64,000 nt of DNA from the NCBI GenBank assembly GCA_001661245.1, contig KV454015.1:599465-663464 (forward strand), written 5' to 3'. Of the stretch, positions 1 through 12,100 are shown in pieces. Origin of the DNA: Pachysolen tannophilus NRRL Y-2460 (lineage: Eukaryota). The notes below the pieces were generated by a model, which saw nothing but the letters and a program-made list of their open reading frames with translations, made no database searches and had not been told where the DNA came from. Within the stretch, counting starts at the first letter, position 1, and each line of letters begins with the position of its first letter. Both the position numbers and the translations under genes were made by a program.

Positions 1-1
1 A

Positions 2-124
2 TTGGTCGCTTTAGGTTTGAACATTGATGAAGATGAAGAAGCCGCAGCTGCTGATTCCACTGAAGCTGCCACTTCTGCAACTGAAGAGGCTCCAGCTGAA
101 TCTGCTATGGAGGAAGTCGATTAG
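2..124 (+). CDS. HSP90: Hsp90 chaperone, 3' end (partial, runs off the window start)
   Basis: Frame 2 reads LVALGLNIDEDEEAAAADSTEAATSATEEAPAESAMEEVD*. LGLNIDE and the terminal MEEVD TPR-binding motif are diagnostic of cytosolic Hsp90. Not in the ORF track. Confidence 0.95.
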   Translation: MVALGLNIDEDEEAAAADSTEAATSATEEAPAESAMEEVD

Positions 125-385
125 ATTAAAGTTTGAAGAATTAGAAAAGAAATTTTTTTTTTTTTTTTCTTTTTTCGTTTTAAGCTTTTTCTACATACTA
201 TTTTCTTTATATTAATTTTTTTTTTTTTTTTTTTTTTATTTTATTTTTATTTTTTATTATTATTCTTTTGTTCTTTGCCTTTTTGACTTATAACCATTTT
301 ATAGTTTAATTTTTACGTTGTGTATAAGCACATGGTTAATATATATTAATGAAATAAAATAATATAATGATATTGATAATGATAA

Positions 386-1343
386 TCAATGAAAACTTTT
401 AATAATTTCATTTTTTAACTCTTCATTTGTATCTTCAGCATACTCAAAATTTGGATTTTTCACGGATTTTGTGGGAAAATTAAAATCATCAACTTCTACA
501 AATTTATCAACATCATTATTTTTATAAATTTTTATCCCGTTACAATTTTCTATTACAATTCTATTGGCCTCATTTAGTATCCGGGGAACAATTATACTTT
601 GTTGTAAATTGTGTAATCGTAACTGATAAGATTCTGTTACTATTAAATTATCAGAACCACAATCTATGAAAATTGATGTATTTGATTTGATATTAATTTT
701 AGAATTATGAATATTGGAAAGATGAATAGAATCTGGAATATACCCGGTATTATCCATTTTAATTATAGATGATTGAATATTATTTAAAAAAATGTGAGCA
801 GTTGAAGAATTTATTGGCTTCGCGATCGTATATTCTATACCAATAATGTTTTCAGCTGTTGGTTCTTGTTTTTGCTCTTCATTAATTGCTTTGAAATCTA
901 TTGTTGAATCAGAAGTTTCAATTTTTGCAAACGGTACTTTATTTTTATTCTTAAAACTAAATTTTTTCTTTCCCTTATTCAAATCTTTGCTCTTGGACTC
1001 TAATAAGTTAAACAATTGATCAATAGTGTTGGTATAGTATTTCTGATCATAAGCAGGCAACGATGAAATAAAATTTCCACTTCCATTCCCAATAACTTCT
1101 CCATCATCACGATTACAAGAGAAAATTTCCAGCGGCAATTGGTTTATCTCCATTTTCAAATCTTTGATTTCTGATGCTGTCGTTACTTGATCAATTTTTT
1201 TCTGAATCTCTATCAAAAAAATAAAAAACAATACAGTTAGTAAATCAATTATTCTGCTATTATATTAACTTTTCCGCAATGAACTTACCATTTTTTCGCA
1301 CATTAAATTCCGAATAGATTTTTTGAAAATCTCCTGAAGACAT
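386..1343 (-). CDS. CIN2: Tubulin-folding cofactor C (Cin2/TBCC), 2 exons: 1343-1289 and 1209-386
   Basis: LSSLPAYDQKYY-type segment, FSFK and the C-CAP motifs QLRLHN, IVIENC and VDDFNFP. Intron 1288-1210 has donor GTAAGT, branch TACTAAC (1242-1236) and acceptor TAG. Splicing gives in-frame MSSGDFQKIYSEFNVRKN-E-IQKKID. Confidence 0.85.
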
Positions 1344-1558
1344 TACTGACTGATAAGACTTTGCTATGGTTAACAACAATCATATAATATATATATATGT
1401 ATATACATATATATATATATATATTATATGATTTTTGGTTGGAAAGTGACAAGAAAACAGGGTGACACAGAAGGCATCCAGGTGGCACATGTCATTTTTT
1501 TAAAAAAAAGGGTCATTCCAAACGGTCGTGTTTTTGGAAACAGAAAAGGCCGATTTTT

Positions 1559-1720
1559 CGAAAAAAGGTAAACAAAACAAAAAGGTAAACAAATAATAGA
1601 ATCTCCTAATAATAATAATACTTTTATTTAATACTATTCTCTATGGTTTGAATATCAAGAATTAGTCACTATAATTGATAGAGGACTTGTATTGATATTA
1701 TCAGTATTAATATTTAACAT

Positions 1721-1761
<41 letters not shown>

Positions 1762-1837
1762 TTTTATTTTTTGCTATTTATTTGTTTTAATCGTAAGAGA
1801 GAAGTAAGGAAGGAAGAAGAGAAGAAAAGGTAAACAA
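1559..1837 (+). promoter_or_regulatory. Forkhead (Fkh2-type) sites GTAAACAA x3 plus a CArG-like element upstream of IQG1
   Basis: GTAAACAA at 1568, 1585 and 1830; CG(A)6GG at 1559-1568. IQG1 is a CLB2-cluster (Mcm1/Fkh2) gene in S. cerevisiae. Confidence 0.55.
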
Positions 1838-1871
1838 GGCTATTCATAAAACCAAAAAAGAAGAAAAAAAA

Positions 1872-4800
1872 ATGACAACTCCTCTAAGTTCACCAACTAA
1901 AAGAGGATCTTCTCCAACGAAGAATCAAGAGTTTTCGCCGTTGATGTCGGCATCAAGATTTAATAGTAAGGTAAACACTGCTGCAGACAAGAATCATGTT
2001 GAAAAAGAAAACTTGGATAGCAGCCACTTGAAGAAAAATGGATCATTGAAAGAAAATGTAGAATTATCTCCTATTAAGAGGTTAATTATGGAGAGAGAAA
2101 ATGCTGTGAAGCTGAATGCGGTTCCACAGTCTCACTTATCCAAATCGCCTACTAAGACAAGATTGAACACATATACAGACAATAATGCCATTCCAAAATT
2201 GAATTATTTTAAACCAAATTTTCAAACAGACAATTCTAAAACTAAGAGAGATATAGAAAATATGAACAGAATCACCAGTGGAATGTCTCAATCCCCTTCC
2301 ATGAAGAATTTACACAAGCTTAAAAATATAGAATCAAAATTGAAAAATTTGAAGGGCGCTCCAGCTGCTGGTGGTAAAAAATCAAGTAATTACATTGAGG
2401 ATGGTGAAGGTAATGATAAAAATAAAAGGTCAATATGGATAGACAGTAGTCGGAAATCTGCGCAAACTTATGAATATCTTTGCCGTATTGCAGAGGCCAA
2501 AACTTGGTTGGAGTCATCTGTAGGAACAGAAATTGATATTGATCAGGCTGGAAGTGAAACAGAGGTAATTGTTCAATTTGCTGATTATCTCAGAAATGGT
2601 ATATTATTGGCTGAAGTTGCCAAAAAATTTGCTCCAAGCTTAGTTAAAAAAATTTACTACGGTACCAATGTCTCTTCAAAAGTTGATTACAAATCTAAAA
2701 CTGGATTTCAATTCAAATATACAGAAAATATCAATTATTTCTTCCAATTTTTGGAATCTATTAATATGCCCGATATATTCAGATTTGAATTAACTGATTT
2801 ATATGATTTAAAAAATTTTCCAAAAGTAATTCTTTGTCTTCATGCATTATCATTCATGTTATCTTTACAAGATAAAGCTCCCAAAATTCAAAATTTGAGT
2901 GGGCAGCTTGAATTTTCTGAAGCTGATATTAGTAAAACAGAAGCTAATATCAGAGGTTTGAAAATTCCTAATTTTGATAATATAGATAGTATAGATGAGT
3001 TGAATAATTTTGAACTTGAAGAAAATGATGAAGACAAGCAAGAAGAAGAACAAGACAATACTATAGTTCGTCGCGAGTCTGCACTTTCTTTGAAAGATAT
3101 TGAAGAAGCTATACAGGAAGAACCAGAAGATTTATTCGAATCTGACATTGAAATAAAATCTGAAGATGAAGAAGCCGTCGTTCCGATGGAAGATTATAAT
3201 AAAACTAGTGATTCCATCCCCGCTGATGATTATTTGACTAAAAAATATAAAATCGATGATATTCACAAAAAATATGAACATTTAATAAACTCAGAACAAT
3301 CAAAAATGGGTTCAACTAATATTTCTTTTTTTCCTGATGATGAATCCATATCTTCGCCATCATACGATCTATCAAGCAATTATTATAATAGCGATATTTC
3401 CCTTTCTTTAGACGTCATTATTAAATTGCAAGCTATATCTAGAGGTTCAATCTTCAGATATAAAATGTTTGTTGATAGATTCATGTTAAAGACTTTCACC
3501 TCTGACATAATTCAATGCCAATCAATAATTAGAGCAAACCTTACAAGACTGAGTATAAAGAATATTAGAACAACATTGAATAATTCAGTTGCAAATGTCT
3601 CAAAAATTCAGTCGGCAATTAGGAACAGTAAGAGTCAGACTAAAATAAGTCATGTTCTCAGTAACTTAGATGCATATAAAAATGATATCACCAAGTTACA
3701 GTCGATTATTAGAGGGGGAGTAATTTTGAGGACCCGCTTATTTGAAAATAAAAAGCAATTGTTGAGAGCAACTAACCAAATTATTAGGATACAAAGTTGC
3801 ATTAGATCATGGTTGTTTAGGAGAAGACCTAGTGCTGGGCATGAGCAATTTCTCAAAGAATCAACAGATAATGATAGAGCCAGTAGGAGACTAGATTTAC
3901 CTCAGTTAGACTTGCTGCTTGTTTCTCCTTTCAAAAAGAAGCTCGCTGAATTACAAAGTATTATGAGAGGTGCGCTTTCCCGTAAGAGACTAAATATCAT
4001 ATTAGACGTTTTATATTATCAGGAGTCTCCCTTGAACAGGCTTGCTGCGATTTCAAGGGGAAAGCTATTGAGAGAGGATATCTATCTAAAAAAGTACAGA
4101 TTACAAAGAGCAGTGAATTCGATAATTTATGTTCAATCGCGCTTTAGAGGAGTATTAGCAAGATTTGAACAAGATTCGTTATTAGATACTTTAGAAGACA
4201 ATGTCAGTTCAACAATCCAGTTGCAGTCTATCATAAGAGGTGGAAATGTTAGAAAATCCATTAACAATAAACTTGATTACTATAACAAACCGCAAAATAT
4301 CAAGAAGATAATCAAGATTCAAAGTTACATTAGGGCTAATAAACAAGGAAGTGCTTATAAATCATTGATATCGATGCCTGATCCTCCACTTAGTGTGGTC
4401 AAGAGATTTATACAATTGTTGAATGATAATGAAATTGACTTTGACGATGAAATCAATTTACAAAAGTTGAAAGATTCAATTAAAAGAAAATCGTTTGAGA
4501 TAGGTAAGCTTGAAGACCATTTAAATCAACTTGATATCAAAATTGAATTGTTGATGAAAAACAAAATCACTATTGATGAATTGATCAAGCACAAAAGTAA
4601 TCATTTAACCGATCAAGAAATAAAAAATAATAGATTGACTTCATCATTAATCAATGACTTGGATCATTCTAATTCTAAAAAGAATTCATTTGATAAGTCA
4701 ACCAGAGACATAGTTGATCTTTATGGGAAATTCTTTTACCTATTGCAGACTAAATCAGTTTATTTTGTTAGATTGTTTGAAACAATGGAGAAATACAATT

Positions 4801-6956
4801 TGAATTATGAATTAGAAATAAGGGATAATATTGAAGATTACATTATGAGATTATTTAATTTTTCATCATTAACTGATTCTAATCCGAAATCACCTTCAAG
4901 AGAGGATTTCTTGTTAATGAAGTTAATTATTTCAAGTGTTACAAATAATATAGAAAAGTTTAAAAATATTGAAAGCTACAAGAATCACAATAAGTTAGAT
5001 AATTCTTACAAAGGATTAACGAAATATGAAAATGTTTGGGAATTGATTTTAAATAATTATAATAATTTAACGAACCAAAGAATTACAATGAGAAAATTAT
5101 TTTCCTCCAAAGTGGAATCAGTAATTGCAGATTCTGACTTAGATTTGGAGTCAAATCCTCTCTTGATATATAAATCTCTCATTGAAGCAGAGGAACAGAA
5201 AACAGGCGAGCCATCATCAAAGCCAATGAATATCACCCCTCAAGCAGCAATACATGATGCAGATACTAGAAGTCAATTTGTCGTTAATTTAGCTGATTTA
5301 AGAGAATTAGCAAATGACTTCATGTTAGCTGTCGAAGACAATGTTGATAATTTGCCAATCTATATCAGATGTCTTTGTCATGAAATTTACAGTACGGTTG
5401 TTCATAAATTTCCTCAAGAACCTGAAAGATTCCATTTGTCAGTTATTGGTAAGATATTTATGAAGAATTATTTTTTACCACTTTTGCTTAAACCAGAAAA
5501 TTATGGTATAAATGCTACAAGCCATTTGGTTAATAAGAAGCTGAATAAGAAAACAAAGCGCAACTTAATTGAAATAGCAAAAGTGCTATATCAATTAGTA
5601 TCTATGAGATCATTTGGTAGCAGTAATATTTATTTACAGCCTTTGAATGATTACATTGAACAATCGGTTGAATTGGTCCGCTCCATCTTGAAGAAGATTA
5701 TTGATGTTAAAGATATTGAAACTTGTTATGATATGAATGTTATGTATGATGATATTGTTTCTCAGCAAAAGCCAAAATTAAATATAGAAGTTAGTGATAT
5801 CTTACTGATAACAAAAATGATCAACAAGGAAATTGAAATTATTTCACCATTGAGAACAGATATTTTGAGAAGATTTTTAAGTGAAATTAATATATCGCAT
5901 GCCAGCCAGCTTAGCAAATTAGATAATGTTACTTTGGAATTAATTCCTTCTACTGAGGATGAAAATCCACTGCTACTTAAGACCAAGACAATATATTTGC
6001 AAGTTAAACGGTGTATATTGTACATTATACAAGTTCAAAATGGTGATGATTTGTTAGATTTATTGCTTTCTAAAATTGAGCCAAAGCATGAAAAGCTTTT
6101 TAAGAAGATTATACATGAAGAGAAACAAGATTTATTGCATAGAAATATTGCCAAGCCATATAGTGATGGTTTGTTATCAATTGATAGTTATGACGATGAA
6201 ACCAATGGAATTATTTCTAAAGATTTGACTAAATTATCCTATCATGAGTTAAAAAGAATCACCTTAGAAAAAATCCTAGAATTGGAATCAATGGGAGAGC
6301 TTACCAGACGTGATGCTTTCCAGAAATTATTAAACGAAATAGCCAATGATATTAAGAACAAGCATGCTCAAAGATTGAAATTGAAAAGAGAAATTGAAAT
6401 TGCTTCAGCAACTTTGAAGAAACTTGTGGACAAGGAAAACTCTTTACAACAACAATTAGGCAATTATAATAAAGATATCGAAACGGCAATGTTATCATTA
6501 CAATCATCATCAAAATCGAGTAAGAAAAATTTTTTGAGAAACATTTTTTCAAGACAATATTTTTATCATAGAGAATTGAAAAAGAATGGAAATTTACCAA
6601 AATTTGGTTCTTTTAAATATTCTTCAAAGTATCTTTATGAAAATGGTATATTACTTCAAATAACCGGATTGACAAGAGTTGAAGAAGAATTATCTGCTTC
6701 TGGTTCTTCCAAGATTCCAAAAGTTGATCTTATGTTTTCATGCGATGAAGTTGGAATATTCGAAATGGAAATGGCTAAAGGAGTACAACCAATTAGTGGA
6801 GGAAAAATAAAAATATCTCTAGATGATTTATTAAATTATCAATACGAAAATAAGAAACAAATTTTCTTGTTCAATGAAATGGCCAAATTTGATACCAATG
6901 CTTTGATTTCATTTATATTCAGAAAATTTTATGAGGTAAAAGATAACAAACATTAG
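1872..6956 (+). CDS. IQG1: IQGAP-related cytokinesis protein
   Basis: CH domain (YEYLCRIAEAKTWLE, LRNGILLA, FELTDLYDLKNFPKVILCLHALS), repeated IQ motifs (LQSIIRG and similar), RasGAP-related domain and C-terminal KFGSFKYS...DDLL. N-terminus is rich in S/T-P sites. Confidence 0.95.
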   Translation: MTTPLSSPTKRGSSPTKNQEFSPLMSASRFNSKVNTAADKNHVEKENLDSSHLKKNGSLKENVELSPIKRLIMERENAVKLNAVPQSHLSKSPTKTRLNTYTDNNAIPKLNYFKPNFQTDNSKTKRDIENMNRITSGMSQSPSMKNLHKLKNIESKLKNLKGAPAAGGKKSSNYIEDGEGNDKNKRSIWIDSSRKSAQTYEYLCRIAEAKTWLESSVGTEIDIDQAGSETEVIVQFADYLRNGILLAEVAKKFAPSLVKKIYYGTNVSSKVDYKSKTGFQFKYTENINYFFQFLESINMPDIFRFELTDLYDLKNFPKVILCLHALSFMLSLQDKAPKIQNLSGQLEFSEADISKTEANIRGLKIPNFDNIDSIDELNNFELEENDEDKQEEEQDNTIVRRESALSLKDIEEAIQEEPEDLFESDIEIKSEDEEAVVPMEDYNKTSDSIPADDYLTKKYKIDDIHKKYEHLINSEQSKMGSTNISFFPDDESISSPSYDLSSNYYNSDISLSLDVIIKLQAISRGSIFRYKMFVDRFMLKTFTSDIIQCQSIIRANLTRLSIKNIRTTLNNSVANVSKIQSAIRNSKSQTKISHVLSNLDAYKNDITKLQSIIRGGVILRTRLFENKKQLLRATNQIIRIQSCIRSWLFRRRPSAGHEQFLKESTDNDRASRRLDLPQLDLLLVSPFKKKLAELQSIMRGALSRKRLNIILDVLYYQESPLNRLAAISRGKLLREDIYLKKYRLQRAVNSIIYVQSRFRGVLARFEQDSLLDTLEDNVSSTIQLQSIIRGGNVRKSINNKLDYYNKPQNIKKIIKIQSYIRANKQGSAYKSLISMPDPPLSVVKRFIQLLNDNEIDFDDEINLQKLKDSIKRKSFEIGKLEDHLNQLDIKIELLMKNKITIDELIKHKSNHLTDQEIKNNRLTSSLINDLDHSNSKKNSFDKSTRDIVDLYGKFFYLLQTKSVYFVRLFETMEKYNLNYELEIRDNIEDYIMRLFNFSSLTDSNPKSPSREDFLLMKLIISSVTNNIEKFKNIESYKNHNKLDNSYKGLTKYENVWELILNNYNNLTNQRITMRKLFSSKVESVIADSDLDLESNPLLIYKSLIEAEEQKTGEPSSKPMNITPQAAIHDADTRSQFVVNLADLRELANDFMLAVEDNVDNLPIYIRCLCHEIYSTVVHKFPQEPERFHLSVIGKIFMKNYFLPLLLKPENYGINATSHLVNKKLNKKTKRNLIEIAKVLYQLVSMRSFGSSNIYLQPLNDYIEQSVELVRSILKKIIDVKDIETCYDMNVMYDDIVSQQKPKLNIEVSDILLITKMINKEIEIISPLRTDILRRFLSEINISHASQLSKLDNVTLELIPSTEDENPLLLKTKTIYLQVKRCILYIIQVQNGDDLLDLLLSKIEPKHEKLFKKIIHEEKQDLLHRNIAKPYSDGLLSIDSYDDETNGIISKDLTKLSYHELKRITLEKILELESMGELTRRDAFQKLLNEIANDIKNKHAQRLKLKREIEIASATLKKLVDKENSLQQQLGNYNKDIETAMLSLQSSSKSSKKNFLRNIFSRQYFYHRELKKNGNLPKFGSFKYSSKYLYENGILLQITGLTRVEEELSASGSSKIPKVDLMFSCDEVGIFEMEMAKGVQPISGGKIKISLDDLLNYQYENKKQIFLFNEMAKFDTNALISFIFRKFYEVKDNKH

Positions 6957-7269
6957 CTTTTCCATTTTACTTTACTTTTTCTTTTTTTTCCTTCTATTAT
7001 TTATAATGCCTAATCTCTGTCAATTATCGTTAATGATCATTACCTGCTTCTTTTTATCACATTTTGTCTTCTTTTGTTTTTTTTTTTGTTTGTTTGTTTG
7101 TTTCTTTCTTTACTGAAAACAGATCCATTTACATTTTTATTAATTAATAAGCTAAAATACATTGAATTTATAGAATTTACAAAATAAATCAAAGACTAAA
7201 TTTTTATGTTTATTTGTCGTAGAACACATAACTGAGATGTTTCAACTTACTTATGGAAAATTTATTATA

Positions 7270-7300
7270 TCAATCAGCATCACGGACCTCCTCATCTTTA

Positions 7301-7338
<38 letters not shown>

Positions 7339-7737
7339 ATCATCCTCTTCATCTTCCTCATCTTTAAATATATCTGTGATCGTCTTACTTATTTCAATAT
7401 CCTTTTTCGACAATTGTGAAGGATCATCTTCATTATCATTTGGATCTTGCATCCAAAACAAATTTTTAGCACCAGAACTCAAAAAGGTCAATTTGAAAAC
7501 TCTACCAGTCTTACAAGAAGAAACATGTTTCCAAGTCACATCACCTGGAATAACCAACAATTCATCATTATCAATCCCCTCAGTGGTATTTTCTCTTGGT
7601 GACCAAGCAAAATCATAACAAGATTCATCTTCAGTCTGTTTTATAGTAACCTCTCCTTTCACCAGCCTTGGAGTACACAATTTAGTGGTCTCATCATAAT
7701 CAACTCTTCCTGCTTTAAACTTCAATAACACTGCCAT
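7270..7737 (-). CDS. RPN13: Proteasome ubiquitin receptor Rpn13 (PRU domain) with an acidic tail
   Basis: KFKAGR...CTP...KGEV, LVIPGD.TW, CKTGRVF.L.F.SSG...FWMQ. Confidence 0.93.
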
Positions 7738-8022
7738 ATCGCCCCTTAATCAATTATAATATTCCACAAAATTCTAAAATTTCCAATCTTATTTCAAATT
7801 ATAATCACTATATTTGTATTGTTGTTGATATTATACAATTGTGGTTTGCCCATTTAAAAAAACCCACTTTGTAGAAACAATTAAAAATCACGACCATTTT
7901 TATTTTAATAGCATTTCAAATATAATATAAGTTGTTGATTGGTTTATAGTTCACAATTGAGGAATCGTTTGATCAAAGGAAGAGAGAGTTAGAGAGAGAG
8001 AGAGAGACTTTGATTTTGAAAG

Positions 8023-8658
8023 ATGTCTTTTCCTCCTGATTATGTATTGGATCTTGTTAAAGAGATATCAGAGATTTTAATCCAGAGAAATGAAACTCTT
8101 TCGATATCCGAAGCAGCATGTGGAGGATTATTATCAGCTTATTTGGTTTCAATTCCTGGAGCTTCAAAGTTTTTCCAAGGTGGGACGTTGGTTTACAGTT
8201 TGAAGTCAAGGTTAAAGTTGAGTGGCTGGGATAATAAAGATATATCCAATTATACGGGGCCAAGTGAACAAGTTGTATTAAGATTAGCTAGAAATTTAAG
8301 AATTGAATTAGGTTCTACTTATGTGCTTTCGGAAACAGGTTTTGCTGGACCTTCGATAACGATTTTTGACAAGGACCAAGAACCGAGCTGTAATGATGAG
8401 AGTGGTGAAGAAATAAAAGATGAACAAAGTCCAGGAAAAGTTGGAACTGTATATTTAGGTATTTCGGGGCCTAGAGGTGAAGTTTCATGTATAAGGCATA
8501 CAAACAACGATAACAGAGCTGAAAACATGCAATTATTTGCCCAGCTGGGGCTCCGTTTTCTCTTGGACCATATGAAGCAAAACCAAGAAGAAGAAGAAGA
8601 AGAAGAAACAAAAAAAGAAGAATCCAATGGTAACGGTATAAAAAAACAAAAAATATAG
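8023..8658 (+). CDS. CinA C-terminal / PncC (NMN deamidase)-fold protein
   Basis: ETLSISEAACGGLLSAYLVSIPGASKFFQGG..VYS, SETGFAGP and VGTVYLGISGP match CinA_C family motifs. Confidence 0.85.
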   Translation: MSFPPDYVLDLVKEISEILIQRNETLSISEAACGGLLSAYLVSIPGASKFFQGGTLVYSLKSRLKLSGWDNKDISNYTGPSEQVVLRLARNLRIELGSTYVLSETGFAGPSITIFDKDQEPSCNDESGEEIKDEQSPGKVGTVYLGISGPRGEVSCIRHTNNDNRAENMQLFAQLGLRFLLDHMKQNQEEEEEEETKKEESNGNGIKKQKI

Positions 8659-9154
8659 AACTCCAAAATCTACTAATTTAATAACTACGATAATTACAAT
8701 AAATACATTTTTTGAAAAAAACAAATCTCTTCTGAAATACTGATCCTGATCCTCCTTTTCCTCCTCCAATCTAGATACTCCTCTCTCATACTCCATAAAC
8801 TTCTTCGTATATCTTGTTCTATTATCCGTAGAATTATCATGTGTTCCTTGAAAAATGGCCCAAAAAGGAAACTGATTTTTTGTTGAAGTTTCGTCGAGAT
8901 TTGTACCTGTAACAACCAACTATTTGATCCCTTTTATAATTAATAATAAAAAATACCATTAAAAAAATACAAGAGATAAATTGAATATAGTAGAATTGAG
9001 TATCTGGGCGCTATTAAATGAGAGAGTGTTAGGATATCAAAAGTTGGTCTTTGGAGTTAATTTGTTTGGTTTGATTTTCATTTTTTTGCTAGAATAGTTT
9101 TAATTTTTAATCTTAATTTTTGTTTTTTGAATTTTACCAAATTGTGATATAATA

Positions 9155-12100
9155 ATGACTAGCGGTTGGGTTCCAACGAGTAGTATTACTTATGGACGAG
9201 CTATTTCGTCGTTTTTGCCATTGGATCAGCCGAACTTGAGGAAATTGGAGAATGTGTATAAGAATATATATCCTGGTGATCAAGTTTATATTTTTGAGAC
9301 CAATGGTATTCAATGGGCTAGGGGTTATATTGTATCACAACCTACTCCTTCTGATTTTTCATCTTCAGTGATTAATTTGAACAAGCTTCCAGATAGAAAA
9401 GTTCAAATTGGGATTTTCCCCATGTCTATAATCACAGTGATTGAACAACTTGCTATAACGAAATATGATGATAGTGAATCCTTAGACGCCATTGGGAAAC
9501 CATCAGAATTTGATGTTGTGCCAAGAATATTGGATACCGAATTGTTCAATGAAGTTGCAATTAATGGTGAAGGAACATTGGACTTTGCAACTTCAAAACA
9601 TCCAAAACCTCAATTACCACTTTCAAATAAAAGGGAGGATTTAATCGATGAAATTAAATCTGCTACATTGTTTTTAGTTTCACATATTTATGCTTTATAC
9701 TCGTTAGGAGAATTCCAATTGTTTAATAAGTTGGTAGAGCTATATTCTGAATTGGACGATATTAGATTAACATTGGGTAATGACTTATGTACCAAGAATG
9801 AAAGAATATATTTAAAAAAAGAAGCTTCAGCTTTATTGACAAAAATTTCAAAATACTTGGCATCAAGGGGTAAATTAAATAAATTTGAAGAAAAGGAAAA
9901 AGATAGACTTGCACTGGGTGATGTTAGTGGCTACGAGGCAATCTTGGCAAGATCTCCTGAAACTGGTGAATTACTTGCTTCTAGTGATATCCGAACTGTC
10001 GCTACTACTGCTAGTGATCTTTCAAAGAATGCAAGTCCTTATCTGTTGGTAATGAATCAATTGTTGTATGCATTATCTTCTGGTTATCCTAATACCAATT
10101 TGGCCGCAGATTTATCTCCACAGACTAGAAATAGATTGGAAAGAATTCCTCTTTCTAATATCCTTGTGGATTTCAAATCTGTTATAAGTTCTTCAGTACA
10201 TATTCCTAAAGGATTTATGAGCATGACTGCTTATCTTTTCTTGAGAAATAAGAAAAGAGCATTGACAGAAGCTTTTGCTATCAAGATTGATGCAAGCCAA
10301 GAATTGTTATTGGAAAATGTATCTGCAGCATTATTTAAAAATATTCCCTCCACTGAAGTTGATAATAATGGTAAAGTTTATCTTGTCGCTCTTTTAACAG
10401 AAGAAATTGATCTTTCAGGTTATCAGAAACATTTAGATCTAAATACTATTAAAAAGGGTATAGCTGCAGGTGTCACCGATATATCAAGAATTTTCTCAAG
10501 GCATAAAGGTGCTCTAGCATCGGGTCAGTCTCATCAATTTACTGTTAAATTGTATGGTTCCTATATCGGTCCAGATGATAATGTGAATGCCACACCAGTA
10601 ACAAAAAATAATGGATGGGGTGAAGTTGTTGAACGTATTATACATGGTTCTAACGTTGGTATTGCTATTAATCCAAGAGCCGAAAGAATAATTGTCTCGA
10701 TCAAAGAAATACAAGATGAAGCATTATTGAATGAAAAATTTGAACATCTTGATGAAACAACAAATGTTAGTTCCTCTGCTTTAATTCCTATCAGAACTTT
10801 ATTATTTGACCCATTATCAGATTCTTATGAAAGAGTACATATTAGGTTACTCAGAATAAATTTGATTCAGAAAGTCAGTGACAGTTTGAAAGATTCTTTC
10901 TTATCAATACATTTCACATCTGATAATGAAAACTTCAAATTCAAGAGGGCAACTAATGAGGCTCCTACTAGTACATGGGCGTGTGTATCGGTAGTGGAAG
11001 ATGAGGTCATTGGAGAGATTATTTCATTAGTTGGTCTTTCAACTTTACAGACTAATCATTTGGGGGATAGTTTTATCATTAAACTTTTCAGTAATGGTGT
11101 GCTCAGATGTGAAGGAAAGATTCTTTTTCGGAAAAATGGCCAAATTTATGATTCAGATGGAAAATCGAAAACCATCAAATTGTTTTCTGTTATTAGTCCA
11201 GGTCCTGAAATTGGTACTATTGAGTTGGCAACAGAATATATCGGTACACATTATAATATGGATCCAGTCATTCTCAATGTTTTCAACTGGAAACTTATTT
11301 TCAATTCTACAGAAAATTTGGAACAATGTGAACAAGATGTTATTGTTCTTTTAAACGAATTACATAAAAAACCCTTGGATGCTTATATTAAATTTTTCCC
11401 AAAATTATTACTTTCATTATTTAATTTATTTAATTTTTCTTATTCAACAAAATTATCGAATATTTTGACTAAGAAGATTTTTGAATCTGTTGTTCACTTA
11501 TTGGATTTTGTAATATTGAAGCAAGATCAATATATTTACTTGTTTGATGATTTTTGTGAAAAATATGCGAAAAACACATCGGTTACATTAGGATTTTTCC
11601 AGTTAGGAGCAGAAATTTATAACAATGCAAATAAAGTATGGAGTCATATTAGCAGGCAATATGCCCGTGTTGCACCTTTGTTATTCAAAATGAGTGTAAT
11701 ATGTAATAAAGATGAAAACGAGCTGTTGAAACAGGGTTTTTATTCCTTGCATATTGCAATGCTAAATTTTTTGAAATTTGTCGACGAAAAGCTATTGAGT
11801 GAACAAGTATTAATTTTGGATAATTTTTTCTATTACTTGGAAGCTATCAAACCACTTTATTCCAAGGGTGAAATTTGGAATTTGTGCGTGAAAGTCATTG
11901 AATCACTTGGCCTCAGGGGTTTAGGTGCTAAAGATGAAGCTGACGCCATTTTATCGAAGCTGCGTAAAAAAGATGAGAATGGTTCTACAAGGAATTTAAT
12001 TCATAGTAAAAATTCCAGAGCCGAGACGGGTGCAACAGCAGCAACAGCCATTTTGGCGAAGAAAAAAAATGAAGAGCACAAATTGATTATTGCCAAGATG

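Noticed and set aside
24..215. 63-aa ORF in the ORF track
   Set aside because: It is an out-of-frame shadow of the HSP90 3' end that runs into poly-T.
8533..8919. Two overlapping minus-strand ORFs between the CinA-like gene and DCK1
   Set aside because: They use non-ATG starts, show no recognisable motif, and one overlaps the CinA gene. This is likely terminator or promoter DNA.
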